A stretch of DNA of 64,000 bases from contig SHUV01000003.1 of NCBI GenBank assembly GCA_009694515.1, positions 624-64,623 on the forward strand, in the 5' to 3' direction. Both the position numbers and the translations under genes were made by a program. Source of the stretch: Candidatus Planktophila sp. GTDB taxonomy: Bacteria > Actinomycetota > Actinomycetes > Nanopelagicales > Nanopelagicaceae. How positions within the stretch are numbered: the first letter of the stretch is position 1; the number at the start of each line of letters is the position of its first letter. This document shows positions 20,522-31,300 of this stretch, in pieces. Under the pieces are notes generated by a model. That model was not told the DNA's origin. It worked only from the letters and a program-made list of their open reading frames with translations, and made no database searches.

Positions 20522-22893
20522 AGCTCACCCAACATATATGAAACAACACCTCGATCTAAACGCTTGACACCCTCTTTACATATCGGACGAAGATTCTCTG
20601 CTGCGCCACCAATCTGAGTGAGCAGGTCAATTAACTGCTTGATGCATCGTACAAAATCACCAACGGTCATATCAGTGCCCTTTATGACACTGCTGAGCGA
20701 GTGACCATTGGCCCAACGGTAAGCGGCGTAACAGAAACCAAAATCCGGTTCACGTTGAGTCTTCACATCAAACTCATTTTCAATATCCTCAAGTTCGACC
20801 CAAATCTTGGCAACAACAGCAAGGGCATTGGCTACATTTTGATGTGGCATCTTCGGGGCATAGTTTTCAACGCTTCGACTCTCATAGATCATCGCGGAGG
20901 CAACAGATAAGAGTTCGACCGGAGTCAGATTTTCGAAGACCCCCCTACGAATTGACTCGGTGAGGAGTAAATCTGATTCAGCGTAGATTTTCGCCAGAAT
21001 CTTGCCTTGCGCTAGCGGCTTTTCACCCTCGATATAGCCAAGATGGGTCAGCACATTACAGATTCGATCGAAGGTCTTTGCAATAACGTGCGTGCGATTT
21101 TCCACGCGAGAGCGCAGACCCTCTGATTCCCTGTTTAATCTATCGGCACGTTCAGCGAATCGGGCATGTGTTTCGCGATCATTACACGAGTGGCAGGGAT
21201 GGGCACGCAGTGCACGGCGCATCGAATCGAGCTCATTCTCCATCTTTACCCGTTGCCTTTGATCAAAGGTGCGCCGACCATCACGCTTGCTGAGCAATCG
21301 CTCAAGTTCCTTGATGTCGATTCGAGTGCGGGCATACTCTGTAAAGTTTCCAAGATGGCATTTTGCGGACTCAGCTTGTTCTGCTGCAGCAGAATCATTC
21401 TTTCGTATCTGTCTGACTAGTCCAATGACTGCTCGGTCTGCCTGGAACTGGGCGAAGGATGACTCCAGACTTCCTCGCGCACGTTCTCTCCCAAAGCGGG
21501 CAATAAGATTAATTGACATGTTGTAAGTGGGAGTAAAGGAAGAACGAAGCGGATATGTTCGAGTTGATGCTAGCCCTGCTGCGGTAGCCGAATCAACTGT
21601 TGGTGACCATTGAACAACTGCGTTACCTTCAATATCAATTCCTCGACGCCCAGCGCGACCAGTGAGCTGGGTGTACTCCCCTGGTGTAATCGAGACGTGT
21701 GCCTCACCATTCCACTTCGTGAGCTTTTCTAAGACAACTGTGCGCGCTGGCATATTAATTCCAAGTGCCAAGGTTTCAGTAGCAAAGACCGCCTTGACCA
21801 GACCACGCTTAAAGAGATCTTCCACCGCGCCCTTAAAACTAGGCAACATACCTGCATGGTGGGCAGCTATTCCACGTTCGAGAGCGGTGAGCCAGTCGCG
21901 ATAACCTAAAACTTCCAAATCTTCTTCAGCTAAGTTCTGCGTGTAACGCTGGGCGGTTGCCACAATTTCTGTTCGCTCTTCAGTAGTTGTTAACTTCACT
22001 CCCTCATTCAGGCACTGCTTAACCGCAGCATCGCAGCCAACACGGGAGAAGATGAAGGTAATTGCGGGTAATAAGTTCTCGCGTTGTAGCTTCTCGATAA
22101 TTTCAGCACGTGAAAGTCGACTCTCGTTATCGTTAAATCTATCGCGTCGACCTCTGGGTGCTTTGGTCCGTCGTAACGCTTCGCGCTCAAGGCCTAAAAT
22201 CTCAGGATTAATTCTTCCCGGTTCGTTAAAGAGATCAATCATCCGATCGCCAATAAGTACATGTTGATAGAGCGGGATGGGTCTGATTTCACTGACTATC
22301 ACCTCGGTGGCGCCACGTATCTCACCGAGCCATTCGCCAAATTCTTCAGCATTGGAGACAGTCGCAGAAAGTGAGATTACCTGAACGCTCTCCATGAGGT
22401 GAATGAGAACCTCTTCCCACACGGCTCCACGAAACTTATCGGCTAAATAATGAACCTCATCCATCACCACTGAGCCTAGATTTGTGAGCGTAGATGAATT
22501 TGCATACAGCATGTTGCGCAAAACTTCGGTGGTCATAACCAGGATGTCAGCCTCTGAGTTGATATTGGTATCACCCGTCAAGAGACCAACGCGGTGTTCG
22601 CCGAATCGCTCTTGAAACTCAGCAAACTTTTGGTTCGAAAGCGCCTTAATGGGTGTTGTATAGAAACATTTCTTACCGCGAGCAAGTGAACTAAAAGCAG
22701 CAAACTCTCCCACTACCGTCTTGCCAGCACCGGTTGGCGCCGCCACCAAAACCCCTTTGCCATCTTCAACTGCATGACAGGCAGTGATTTGAAATTCGTC
22801 AAAGCCGAAATTAAACTGTTCAATGAATTGGGTTGTGAGGGGGTGGGTCCCTCTCTTCTTAGCGGCCGCGTATTGCTCCGCCGGTGTGGTCAT
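20518..22893 (-). CDS. helY: Ski2-like DEVH-box helicase HelY
   Basis: APTGAGKT, MDEVHYL, LSAT, QLTGRAGRRG. Start placed at ATG 22893 (ATGA overlap with upstream stop). Confidence 0.93.
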   Translation of the reverse strand: MTTPAEQYAAAKKRGTHPLTTQFIEQFNFGFDEFQITACHAVEDGKGVLVAAPTGAGKTVVGEFAAFSSLARGKKCFYTTPIKALSNQKFAEFQERFGEHRVGLLTGDTNINSEADILVMTTEVLRNMLYANSSTLTNLGSVVMDEVHYLADKFRGAVWEEVLIHLMESVQVISLSATVSNAEEFGEWLGEIRGATEVIVSEIRPIPLYQHVLIGDRMIDLFNEPGRINPEILGLEREALRRTKAPRGRRDRFNDNESRLSRAEIIEKLQRENLLPAITFIFSRVGCDAAVKQCLNEGVKLTTTEERTEIVATAQRYTQNLAEEDLEVLGYRDWLTALERGIAAHHAGMLPSFKGAVEDLFKRGLVKAVFATETLALGINMPARTVVLEKLTKWNGEAHVSITPGEYTQLTGRAGRRGIDIEGNAVVQWSPTVDSATAAGLASTRTYPLRSSFTPTYNMSINLIARFGRERARGSLESSFAQFQADRAVIGLVRQIRKNDSAAAEQAESAKCHLGNFTEYARTRIDIKELERLLSKRDGRRTFDQRQRVKMENELDSMRRALRAHPCHSCNDRETHARFAERADRLNRESEGLRSRVENRTHVIAKTFDRICNVLTHLGYIEGEKPLAQGKILAKIYAESDLLLTESIRRGVFENLTPVELLSVASAMIYESRSVENYAPKMPHQNVANALAVVAKIWVELEDIENEFDVKTQREPDFGFCYAAYRWANGHSLSSVIKGTDMTVGDFVRCIKQLIDLLTQIGGAAENLRPICKEGVKRLDRGVVSYMLGEL

Positions 22894-23756
22894 AGGGGCC
22901 ATGTTAGTCCAGCACCTGCGATACATTCAGCCGAAACTGGCGCTGGACCTATTCGCTCACCATCGGCGTATGCAATTGCATCAGCGTTTAGTTCGATCTT
23001 CTTTGTGCGAAATATCTCCACGGCCGGATGCGTGATATGCGAACCGGAGAATACTTTCGGAAAAACCTTAATGAACTCCAACTTACTCACTGGCTTAAGA
23101 ATCATCACATCAAAGAGGCCATCATTGAGTTTTGCATGAGGGCAAACGAGCATCCCTCCCCCGTAAGATCTCCCATTTCCAATCGCAATCAACATCGCTT
23201 TCGTGGTGAAGGTGCGGGTATCGGTAGTGATTTCATATTCAATCGGGGCAAATCTTGGGAGTTCAAGGGCTATTGCCACGTTATAGCGCTGGGGTCCGCG
23301 AGGCCAAAGTATTGCATTCGCTTTCTCATTAACTACTGAATCAAAACCAGTAGAGAGAATCGCAGCAAACCACTCAGAATCAGCATTACCTAGGTCGATC
23401 GGCGTTGCTGGATTACCGGTGACATGATCAAGATATCTGGTGGAAACTTCTAGCGACCAACCCAACGCTCGAACGATGTCATTGCCAGTGCCGGCAGGGA
23501 TGACTGCGAAAGGAATAGCTCGAGGAACTACTAACTGCAGAACGAGATGTGCAAGTCCATCACCACCGATAGAGATAACACCTTCACATGGGAGGGTTTC
23601 TAAAAAGAGTTCGAGCTCTGCCTTCAGCCCCTTTGCTGAGCGCGATGAGAAGACTCGATAATCCAACTTCCGCTGGGCGAAGTAAGCCGTAACTTTCTCA
23701 CCAGCTATCGCGCCTTTGCCATGACCAGATGTTGGATTGATGGCTAACGCCCACAT
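22890..23756 (-). CDS. Diacylglycerol/lipid kinase family protein
   Basis: INPTSGHG, GGDG, IPAGTGND, GNGRSYGGG, YADGE. Confidence 0.9.
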   Translation of the reverse strand: MWALAINPTSGHGKGAIAGEKVTAYFAQRKLDYRVFSSRSAKGLKAELELFLETLPCEGVISIGGDGLAHLVLQLVVPRAIPFAVIPAGTGNDIVRALGWSLEVSTRYLDHVTGNPATPIDLGNADSEWFAAILSTGFDSVVNEKANAILWPRGPQRYNVAIALELPRFAPIEYEITTDTRTFTTKAMLIAIGNGRSYGGGMLVCPHAKLNDGLFDVMILKPVSKLEFIKVFPKVFSGSHITHPAVEIFRTKKIELNADAIAYADGERIGPAPVSAECIAGAGLTWPL

Positions 23757-23772
23757 AGGACGACCCTATCGG

Positions 23773-24588
23773 CTATTCGGTAATTGGGGCTGGTGCAGCA
23801 ATCTTGGTACTACCAGTTTCTATGCTTTCAACTTTATTATCTCGCTTCTTATCTACAAGCAGGGCAATCCCAGCTGCCATAAAGTAGAAGAGAATCAAAG
23901 GCGCAGACAGTAGAGCCATACTCAATGGGTCCCCTGTTGGTGATAGGGCTGCGACCGCAAGACAGATAGAGAATATCCATGCGCGCCAGGGTTTGAGGAT
24001 GGTGCGTCCTCTTAAGAATCCAATCAGGTTAAAGGTTAGTAAGAATACTGGTAACTCAAAGGCGAGACCTACGAACAAAATTATTCGGAGAACGAAATCT
24101 AAGTAATCGTCAAAGCGCACCAAGTTGCTCACCGCATCCGGAGTGAAGCCAAAAAGCGCTTGTATAGCTATGGGGAGAATCAAGTAACCAAGAGTCGCTC
24201 CCATAATAAAGAAAGGGGCCGCGGCTGTGACAAAAAGAATGCTATTGCGCTTCTCTTTTCTATGAAGTGCAGGGGCAATGAACGCCCAAAGTTGGTAGAG
24301 CCAGAATGGAGCGGAGACTATAACTGCAGTCATTAGAGCCACCTTGATCTGCAAATCTAGCGGACCCAAGACACCACTGATATAGAGAGGCCCACAACTT
24401 GCAGCTACTGAAGTTTGAGCTGCTCGCAAATCGCATACAGGTTTCGCTAAGGCAACGAGGATTGAATTGTAAAAGTACCATCCCCCACCAAATGCCACGA
24501 CAATTGCGATTGCCGAACTCAGAACTCGTTTTCTGAGTTCTCGTAGGTGATCGATGAGCGGCATCTTCCCTTGTGGTATGGATGCCAT
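23773..24588 (-). CDS. tatC: Twin-arginine translocase subunit TatC
   Basis: MPLIDHLRELRKR, YQLWAFIAPAL, FELP. Start placed at ATG 24588. Confidence 0.95.
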   Translation of the reverse strand: MASIPQGKMPLIDHLRELRKRVLSSAIAIVVAFGGGWYFYNSILVALAKPVCDLRAAQTSVAASCGPLYISGVLGPLDLQIKVALMTAVIVSAPFWLYQLWAFIAPALHRKEKRNSILFVTAAAPFFIMGATLGYLILPIAIQALFGFTPDAVSNLVRFDDYLDFVLRIILFVGLAFELPVFLLTFNLIGFLRGRTILKPWRAWIFSICLAVAALSPTGDPLSMALLSAPLILFYFMAAGIALLVDKKRDNKVESIETGSTKIAAPAPITE

Positions 24589-24592
24589 CAGA

Positions 24593-24775
24593 TTACTTCT
24601 CTTTTTTGCCGTCTTCTTCAATAACAGAATCGTCAGCCTTCATCTCTTTCATCTCACTCTTGAAGATCCGCATCGAACGGCCGAGAGAACGGGCAGAATC
24701 AGGAAGACGCTTTGCGCCGAAGAGGACCAGAACAACAATAAGCAGAATGACGATTTCTTTTGGACCTAAATTCAT
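24593..24775 (-). CDS. tatA: Twin-arginine translocase subunit TatA
   Basis: LFGAKRLPDSARSLGRSMRIFKSE; AAGGAG Shine-Dalgarno upstream. Confidence 0.95.
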   Translation of the reverse strand: MNLGPKEIVILLIVVLVLFGAKRLPDSARSLGRSMRIFKSEMKEMKADDSVIEEDGKKEK

Positions 24776-24846
24776 ATTCTGAACTCCTTAGCGTGAGATT
24801 TGACCATAGATTACACCAGGTATCTTTGAATGGGTAGGCGAGGAAA

Positions 24847-25773
24847 TCACCCCTCATAACGGTTGAGTACCATTTTGGCTCTTTTGGCGAGTTCACTCCG
24901 GATCTCTGCTGGAGAGAGAAGTTCGATAGCGCCTCCAGATGCCAACACAGACCTTGCAATCCAATGTTGTGAAAACGACGAACTTTTGAAGACGGTTCCA
25001 GGTTCCAGGTTAGATTCTTGAAAGCGTTCGGCAACATCTCTAGTTGGCCTCACCACCTTTACCGAAAAACCAATTTTCTCGGGATTTTCGGGTGGCGCTG
25101 TCGAAGGTTTTTTCACCTCCGCTGAACTTGCTGATTGAATTCTATCTATCCGAAAATGTCTGAAATCAAGCGCTGTGAAGCAGTACGCGTGCAGGTACAA
25201 ATATCCCTGACTCTCAAGCATCTCTAGTGGAAGTACAACTCTCGCGGAGACTTCATCCTTATAGAGCGAGTGATATGAGATCTGCAGTCCACTCCGATGA
25301 GCTATCGCTTCCTTTACTGAAGTTGTTACTTCATGGTTGATATCACTGGATGCGGAGAGCGCTAATGGAAGATTAACAAGGCGGGCGATACGTTGTGAAA
25401 GTGAACTAATTGCTTCAATAAGATCTGTTCTTTCGGTCGAGATTCCAGATCGCAGGACATCTAAACCAAGAACGAGCGCTACACCCTCTTCGTGTGTGAT
25501 GGATCGAGGCCTTGCAAGGGTTTGTGCATTTCTTATCGTGACATAACCAGATTCAAAATCTAAATCCATCAGTTCTAGCGGCGTGTAACCGGGAAGACCG
25601 CACATCCATAGTGTTGTCAAATCGCTTATCATTTGGTTGGTGGAGACCTCGAAGATTTCGGCCAAATCAACAAGAGAAATACCCTGATGCGTATTGATAT
25701 ACGGAACCAGATCTAGCAATCGAGAAGTGCGCTCTAAAGGGCTCACAGCATTCTTTGGTGGGTTCTTAGCCAT
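24847..25773 (-). CDS. pafC: WYL-domain transcriptional regulator PafC
   Basis: RLLDLVPYI, LWMCGLPGY, YLHAYC...FRIDRI. Start placed at ATG 25773. Confidence 0.88.
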   Translation of the reverse strand: MAKNPPKNAVSPLERTSRLLDLVPYINTHQGISLVDLAEIFEVSTNQMISDLTTLWMCGLPGYTPLELMDLDFESGYVTIRNAQTLARPRSITHEEGVALVLGLDVLRSGISTERTDLIEAISSLSQRIARLVNLPLALSASSDINHEVTTSVKEAIAHRSGLQISYHSLYKDEVSARVVLPLEMLESQGYLYLHAYCFTALDFRHFRIDRIQSASSAEVKKPSTAPPENPEKIGFSVKVVRPTRDVAERFQESNLEPGTVFKSSSFSQHWIARSVLASGGAIELLSPAEIRSELAKRAKMVLNRYEG

Positions 25774-26704
25774 GTGTCTCCAATATATCTTTGAGACTTG
25801 AAATGATGATCTCGCGCAGCTCCATTGGTGAATGAACATAGACATCATCTCCGTGCCAGAGGATCAAGGCAGAGAGAGTCTTCATATCTAGGATTGGAAT
25901 CTGTATCTGATCCCACTCACCTATCGACTTCGTCGATGATGCGATAGCGCGCAGTGAGGTACCTTTCCCGCGACGGACATCAATTACTGCGTCGATGTTC
26001 TTCACTCTTTCGAATAGACTTTGAGAATCAAAGTTTTCAGGAGTTTCGAACTTCTTAGGCCCTCTCTTGACAGTGAAGGTTCCAATTACTCGATCAAAAC
26101 GGAAGGTCCGAACCTCCTCGATGCTCTGATCTACTCCGGCCAAATACCAGTAGCCTGAGCGAGTTGATAGACCTATCGGAACTACGCGTCTATTTTCTAC
26201 CGACAAGTCATAGTTTTGGTAAGTAAATTCAAGAATCTGGTGCTCTGCAATAGCGCGCGTGATCTTCGGAAGATCTAACCCCTCATCGGAGAAGAAGGGT
26301 ATAGAGTCCGGCAAATTTGCTTCATCAACTGCTATTCCAAGTGAATTCAACTTAACCAGAGCCCGCTGCGCAGCATCATCCAGTGAAGCTCCTTGCCATG
26401 CCTGAGCAGCTAAGGACAAAAGAGAAATTTCAAGGGCAGTTATATCACCAAGATCTAGTTGGTATCTCTCCTGCTTGATGCGATAACCGGCCTCATCATC
26501 AAAGAGCGGGTCGAAGGAACCAACTTCTATCTCTATGCCAAGAGAGCGTAGATCATCTTTATCTCGCTCGAACATTCTATCTTTAGACTCAGAACTTCCT
26601 TCATACCCCTCAATAGTCTTAAAAATTTCAGATTTAGTAATGAATCTCTTCGTTGCCAAGAGCGCAATCGTGAGATTAATGAGTCGCTCACTCTTCCGTG
26701 ACAC
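25766..26704 (-). CDS. pafB: WYL-domain transcriptional regulator PafB
   Basis: KSERLINLTIALL, RMFERDKDDLRSLGI, WYL motif, RTFRFDR. GTG start at 26704. Confidence 0.9.
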   Translation of the reverse strand: MSRKSERLINLTIALLATKRFITKSEIFKTIEGYEGSSESKDRMFERDKDDLRSLGIEIEVGSFDPLFDDEAGYRIKQERYQLDLGDITALEISLLSLAAQAWQGASLDDAAQRALVKLNSLGIAVDEANLPDSIPFFSDEGLDLPKITRAIAEHQILEFTYQNYDLSVENRRVVPIGLSTRSGYWYLAGVDQSIEEVRTFRFDRVIGTFTVKRGPKKFETPENFDSQSLFERVKNIDAVIDVRRGKGTSLRAIASSTKSIGEWDQIQIPILDMKTLSALILWHGDDVYVHSPMELREIIISSLKDILETHG

Positions 26705-27539
26705 CGTAAGCACCTTTCGCCGGACGTCTGCGGCGAGCCAATACTTCTACACCTGGCGCCATTCGCCTGCTTTGGATAAGAAAACCGGTGTGGCCAATCA
26801 TTCTTTGTTGTGGGCGCACCGCAAGGCCTTCGTGATGCCAACCTCGGACAATTGTTTCCGAGCTCTCTGGTTCAGTGAAGTGCCCGTCAGCTTTCAGTGC
26901 TTCAGCCGTCGCTGAAAGCTGGGTAGTAGTTGCCACGTAGGCTAGAAATACTCCCCCTGGACGTAACACCTCGGCTGCCATCGCAACGCATTCCCAAGGA
27001 GCAAGCATGTCAAGAATCACTCGATCATATTTTTCGGTAAAGCTTTGTTCCTGAACTGAGCCAACATCCAACTTCCAATTTTTAGGTGATGCTCCAAAGT
27101 AATCTTCAATATTTGCTTGCGCGTTATCGGCAAAATCCTGACGGCGCTCTACTGAGTGAACAGAACCACTCTCACCCACGGCGCGTAGAAGTGAGAGAGT
27201 AAGCGCCCCGCTACCCACACCTGCCTCAAGAACTCGCGCTCCAGGGTAAATATCTGCGACTCCCACAATCATTGCCGCATCTTTTGGATACACAATTGTG
27301 GCCCCGCGCGGCATAGAGAGAACATAATCTCCAAGCAATGGAATGAATGCCGTGAATTTGAGACCTGCTGTTGTGCTGACAACTGAGCCTTCGGGTAATC
27401 CGATGAGATCATCGTGAGTTATCCATCCCTTATGGGTGTGCCACTCCTTGCCAGGGGTTATCGTGAAGCTATATAGCTTTCCCTTAGGATCGGTAAGTTG
27501 AATACGATCGCCGGCTTTGAAGAACCCATGTTCAGACAC
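26688..27539 (-). CDS. trmI: tRNA (adenine58-N1)-methyltransferase
   Basis: MPRGATIVYPKD, VLEAGVGSGALT, LDMLAPW, HTGFL. Confidence 0.95.
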   Translation of the reverse strand: MSEHGFFKAGDRIQLTDPKGKLYSFTITPGKEWHTHKGWITHDDLIGLPEGSVVSTTAGLKFTAFIPLLGDYVLSMPRGATIVYPKDAAMIVGVADIYPGARVLEAGVGSGALTLSLLRAVGESGSVHSVERRQDFADNAQANIEDYFGASPKNWKLDVGSVQEQSFTEKYDRVILDMLAPWECVAMAAEVLRPGGVFLAYVATTTQLSATAEALKADGHFTEPESSETIVRGWHHEGLAVRPQQRMIGHTGFLIQSRRMAPGVEVLARRRRPAKGAYGVTEE

Positions 27540-27599
27540 AGAGGCATCTTAGGCGAGGAATGACCCCCCGCGCTGGCGCGGGCGGTATCGTCGGCGCCC

Positions 27600-28364
27600 A
27601 TGGAGCAGTTGCGTCTTTCCCCCAGCAGAATGAATGATTTCACCAACTGCCCGCAACTTTATAAATACCGAGCGATAGACCTCTTGCCTGAACCGCCCAG
27701 CATTGATGCAGAACGAGGGAAGTTAATTCACTCAGTGCTAGAAGATATCTTTGAACTTCCTGCTTCGGATCGAACTTTTGAGAGCGCGGTTGATTTACTG
27801 CCCGCATCGTGGAGTGCGCAATTGGAGAAAACCCCAGAACTTGGTGCGCTAGTTCTTGATGAGAAAGAGTGGATGGACCGTGCGCAGGCGCTATTGACTA
27901 ACTACTTCTCCCTCGAAAACCCAACAACATTTGAATCAACCTATCGGGAACTCCATTTAGAGCGAAATCTTTCGGATGAGGTTTACCTCCACGGTTATGT
28001 AGATCGACTTGATATCGCACCCACAGGTGAAGTGCGGATTGTTGATTACAAGACCGGGAAATCTCCCAAGCCAGGATGGGAAGAGAAAGCACTATTTCAG
28101 CTTCGCGTATATGCACTTCTTTACTGGCAGAACCACGGAGTTCTTCCCCGTATGCTTAAATTGATTTACTTGGGCGATGTCAAGACCATCGAGAGTCAGC
28201 CGACCGAAGCCCAATTGACATCTACTGAGAAGAAATTGAACAATATTGGCTCCGAGATTCTCACCGCAATTGAAACAGGGCACTTTCCCACACGAAAGTC
28301 TAAGTTATGCGACTGGTGTTTCTTTAAAGCAATCTGCCCGGCGCACGTAAAAAAGGAATTTTGA
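27600..28364 (+). CDS. RecB-family PD-(D/E)XK exonuclease with 4-Cys Fe-S motif (Rv2119-like)
   Basis: LSPSR..FTNCP, GYVDRLD, IVDYKTG, QLRVYA, CDWC...CP. Confidence 0.9.
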   Translation: MEQLRLSPSRMNDFTNCPQLYKYRAIDLLPEPPSIDAERGKLIHSVLEDIFELPASDRTFESAVDLLPASWSAQLEKTPELGALVLDEKEWMDRAQALLTNYFSLENPTTFESTYRELHLERNLSDEVYLHGYVDRLDIAPTGEVRIVDYKTGKSPKPGWEEKALFQLRVYALLYWQNHGVLPRMLKLIYLGDVKTIESQPTEAQLTSTEKKLNNIGSEILTAIETGHFPTRKSKLCDWCFFKAICPAHVKKEF

Positions 28365-28365
28365 T

Positions 28366-31300
28366 TTAATTAGCGTTGAAATACTTCGCCTCGGGGTGAT
28401 GAACAATAATTGCCGAGGTACTCTGTTCGGGATGGAGCTGGAATTCCTCCGATAGTTCAACTCCAATACGCCCAGGTTCAAGTAATTCACAGAGTTGAGT
28501 CTGTTGTTCAATATCAGGGCAAGCTGGATAGCCAAATGAATATCGAGATCCCCGGTAACCCTGGTCGAGAATTCCTTGTAGATCTGGTGAATCAAGATTT
28601 CGCACCGACATCTCCTCTCGGATACGAGCATGCCAATGTTCAGCAAGTGCTTCAGTAAGTTGGACTGAGAGACCGTGTAACTCGAGGTATTCACGATACT
28701 TATCGCCTGCAAATAACTCATTTGCTGCCTTACTTACTGTGTTTCCCATCGTAACAACGTGGAAGGCAACAACATCGGTTTTTCCTGAGTCTTTACTAGC
28801 AAAGAAGTCTGGCAAGCAAAGTCTACGATCACGTGATTGACGCGGAAACGAGAATCTCGTTCTCTCCTGACCGGCGAGAGGACCTTCATGATGCAAAATA
28901 ATGAGGTCATTTTTATCTGAGACGCATGGGAAATATCCATATACAACTGCTGCTTCAAGCCAACCATTTGACTGGACTTCGTTAAGCAACTGACGCAACC
29001 GCGGCCGACCTTCAGATTCAGCCATCACATCGAATTCACCGCGCGCGCCCTTAAGCCCCCACTGCCCAACAAAGAGTGCTCGTTCATCTAGCATGCCAAC
29101 ATAGTCGGCAAGGGTAATACCTTTAACGATACGTGAACCAAAGAATGGCGCCTTTGGTATGTCAATATCTATTGCAACATCACTTCGTAGCGTGTCAATA
29201 ACTTTAGGTTCGGTTGACTTAGCAACCGCCTTCACTTTTCGCTCACGAAGTGCCGGCAGCGCCGCTCCTTCTTCACCACGCTTTACAGCCATGATTGCAT
29301 CCATCAGATGCAAACCTTCGAAAGCATCTCGTGCATATCTGACTTCTCCTGGGAAAATCGCCGCCAGATCCTGTTCGACATAGGCACGCGTGAGAGCCGC
29401 TCCCCCGAGCACAATGGGCCATTTCTGATCGAGTCCACGGCTAGTAATTTCTTCCAGATTCTCACGCATAATCACAGTTGACTTCACCAACAGCCCAGAC
29501 ATACCCACGGCATCAACATTATGTTCGATCGCGGCATCGATAATTTGATTCGCTGTCTGCTTAATTCCAATGTTTACAACTTGATAGCCGTTGTTGGAAA
29601 GAATGATGTCTACGAGGTTCTTTCCAATATCGTGCACATCACCCTTAACGGTGGCGAGCAACATTCGCCCACGACCACCATCACTGGTCTTCTCCATATG
29701 AGGTTCTAGGTATGCCACCGCAGACTTCATAACCTCCGCACTTTGCAGTACGAATGGAAGTTGCATCTCACCCTTACCAAAGAGTTCACCAACAACTTTC
29801 ATGCCTTCTAGAAGATGATCATTAATGATCGCAAGAGGCGCAACTCCCTCACTCATAGCAGCATCTAGATCGTCAGTGAGCCCAACCTTCTCGCCATCAA
29901 TGATGCGACGCTCTAGGCGTTGGCGAAGTGGAAGTGCGGCTAATTCTGAGGCTCTAATGTTTCGAGAGGCGGCTAATTCCACACCTTCAAAGAGTTGCAG
30001 GAACTCTTGCAGTGGGTCATATGTGCAATTCTCTCCATCAAATACTCTGCGATCATAAATCAAATCCAGTGCAACTTCCTTCTGGCGCGGTTCGATTCTG
30101 GCCATTGGCATGATCTTTGAAGGGTGCACTATGGCGGAATCGAGGCCGGCCTCCACGCATTCAGTAAGGAAGACGGAGTTGAGTACAACTCGGGCAGCGG
30201 GATTAAGACCGAAGGAAACATTGCTCACACCCAAAGTAGTTTGCACATCGGGATATTCACTCTTTAAGGTGCGAATCGCACTAATTGTTTCAAGTCCATC
30301 GCGTCTGGTCTCTTCCTGACCTGTTGCGATAGGAAAGGTGAGTGTGTCAATCAAAATATCGCCCACATTCATCGACCAGTTTTCGGTCAAGTCAGCTATC
30401 AAGCGACGTGAAACACGCATCTTCCACTCAGCAGTACGTGCCTGTCCCTCCTCATCAATAGTCAGAGCTACTACCGAAGCACCATGTTCTTTCACAAGGG
30501 GCATAATTTTTGCAAAGCGTGAAGTAGGCCCATCGCCATCTTCATAATTAACCGAATTAATGACGCTACGTCCGCCGAGTGATTCCAGACCAGCTTTGAG
30601 TACTGCCGGCTCTGTTGAATCAAGAACAATCGGCAGAGTTGAAGACGTGGCAAATCGAGAAGCAATCTCTTTCATATCTCTAGCGCCATCTCGTCCCACA
30701 TAATCAACCGAGAGATCGAGCATATGGGCGCCATCTCGAATCTGATCTCGTGCGATCTCAACACAGGTCGCCCAATCTTCAGCGACCAACGCATCTCTAA
30801 AAGCTCGTGAACCATTGGCGTTGGTACGCTCGCCTATCGCTAGATATGTTTTCTCTTGTCTAAAAGGAACGTACTGATAGATTGAAGAAGCACCTGGTTC
30901 AATAGTGATAGTCCGTGCATCAACTTTCTTGGCGGCCAATTTCTTCACAACGGCCTGCATGTGGGCCGGAGTTGTTCCACAGCATCCACCAATCAAAGTG
31001 ATTCCATAGTCATTGACGAAGGTTTCAAGAGCAACTGCCAACTCTTCCGGCCCTAGCGGATACTCAGCACCTTTCTTACCTAGAATCGGTAGACCCGCGT
31101 TGGGCATTACCGAGATTGCCACCCGTGAATTCTTCGAGAGATACCGCAAGTGCTCTGACATCTCGGTTGGTCCGGTCGCACAATTTAATCCGATGAGATC
31201 AATATCGAGTGGCTCAAGTGCGTTTAACGCGGCCCCGATTTCAGAACCCAAGAGCATCGTCCCTGTTGTCTCAACAGTGACCTGCGCAATGAGCATGACA

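Noticed and set aside
24847-26704. WYL proteins as regulators of a defence island
   Set aside because: They are PafB and PafC in their usual position upstream of tatAC-helY.
27600-28364. Cas4-like nuclease suggesting a CRISPR system
   Set aside because: No repeat-spacer array or other cas genes; it is the conserved trmI-adjacent RecB-family nuclease.
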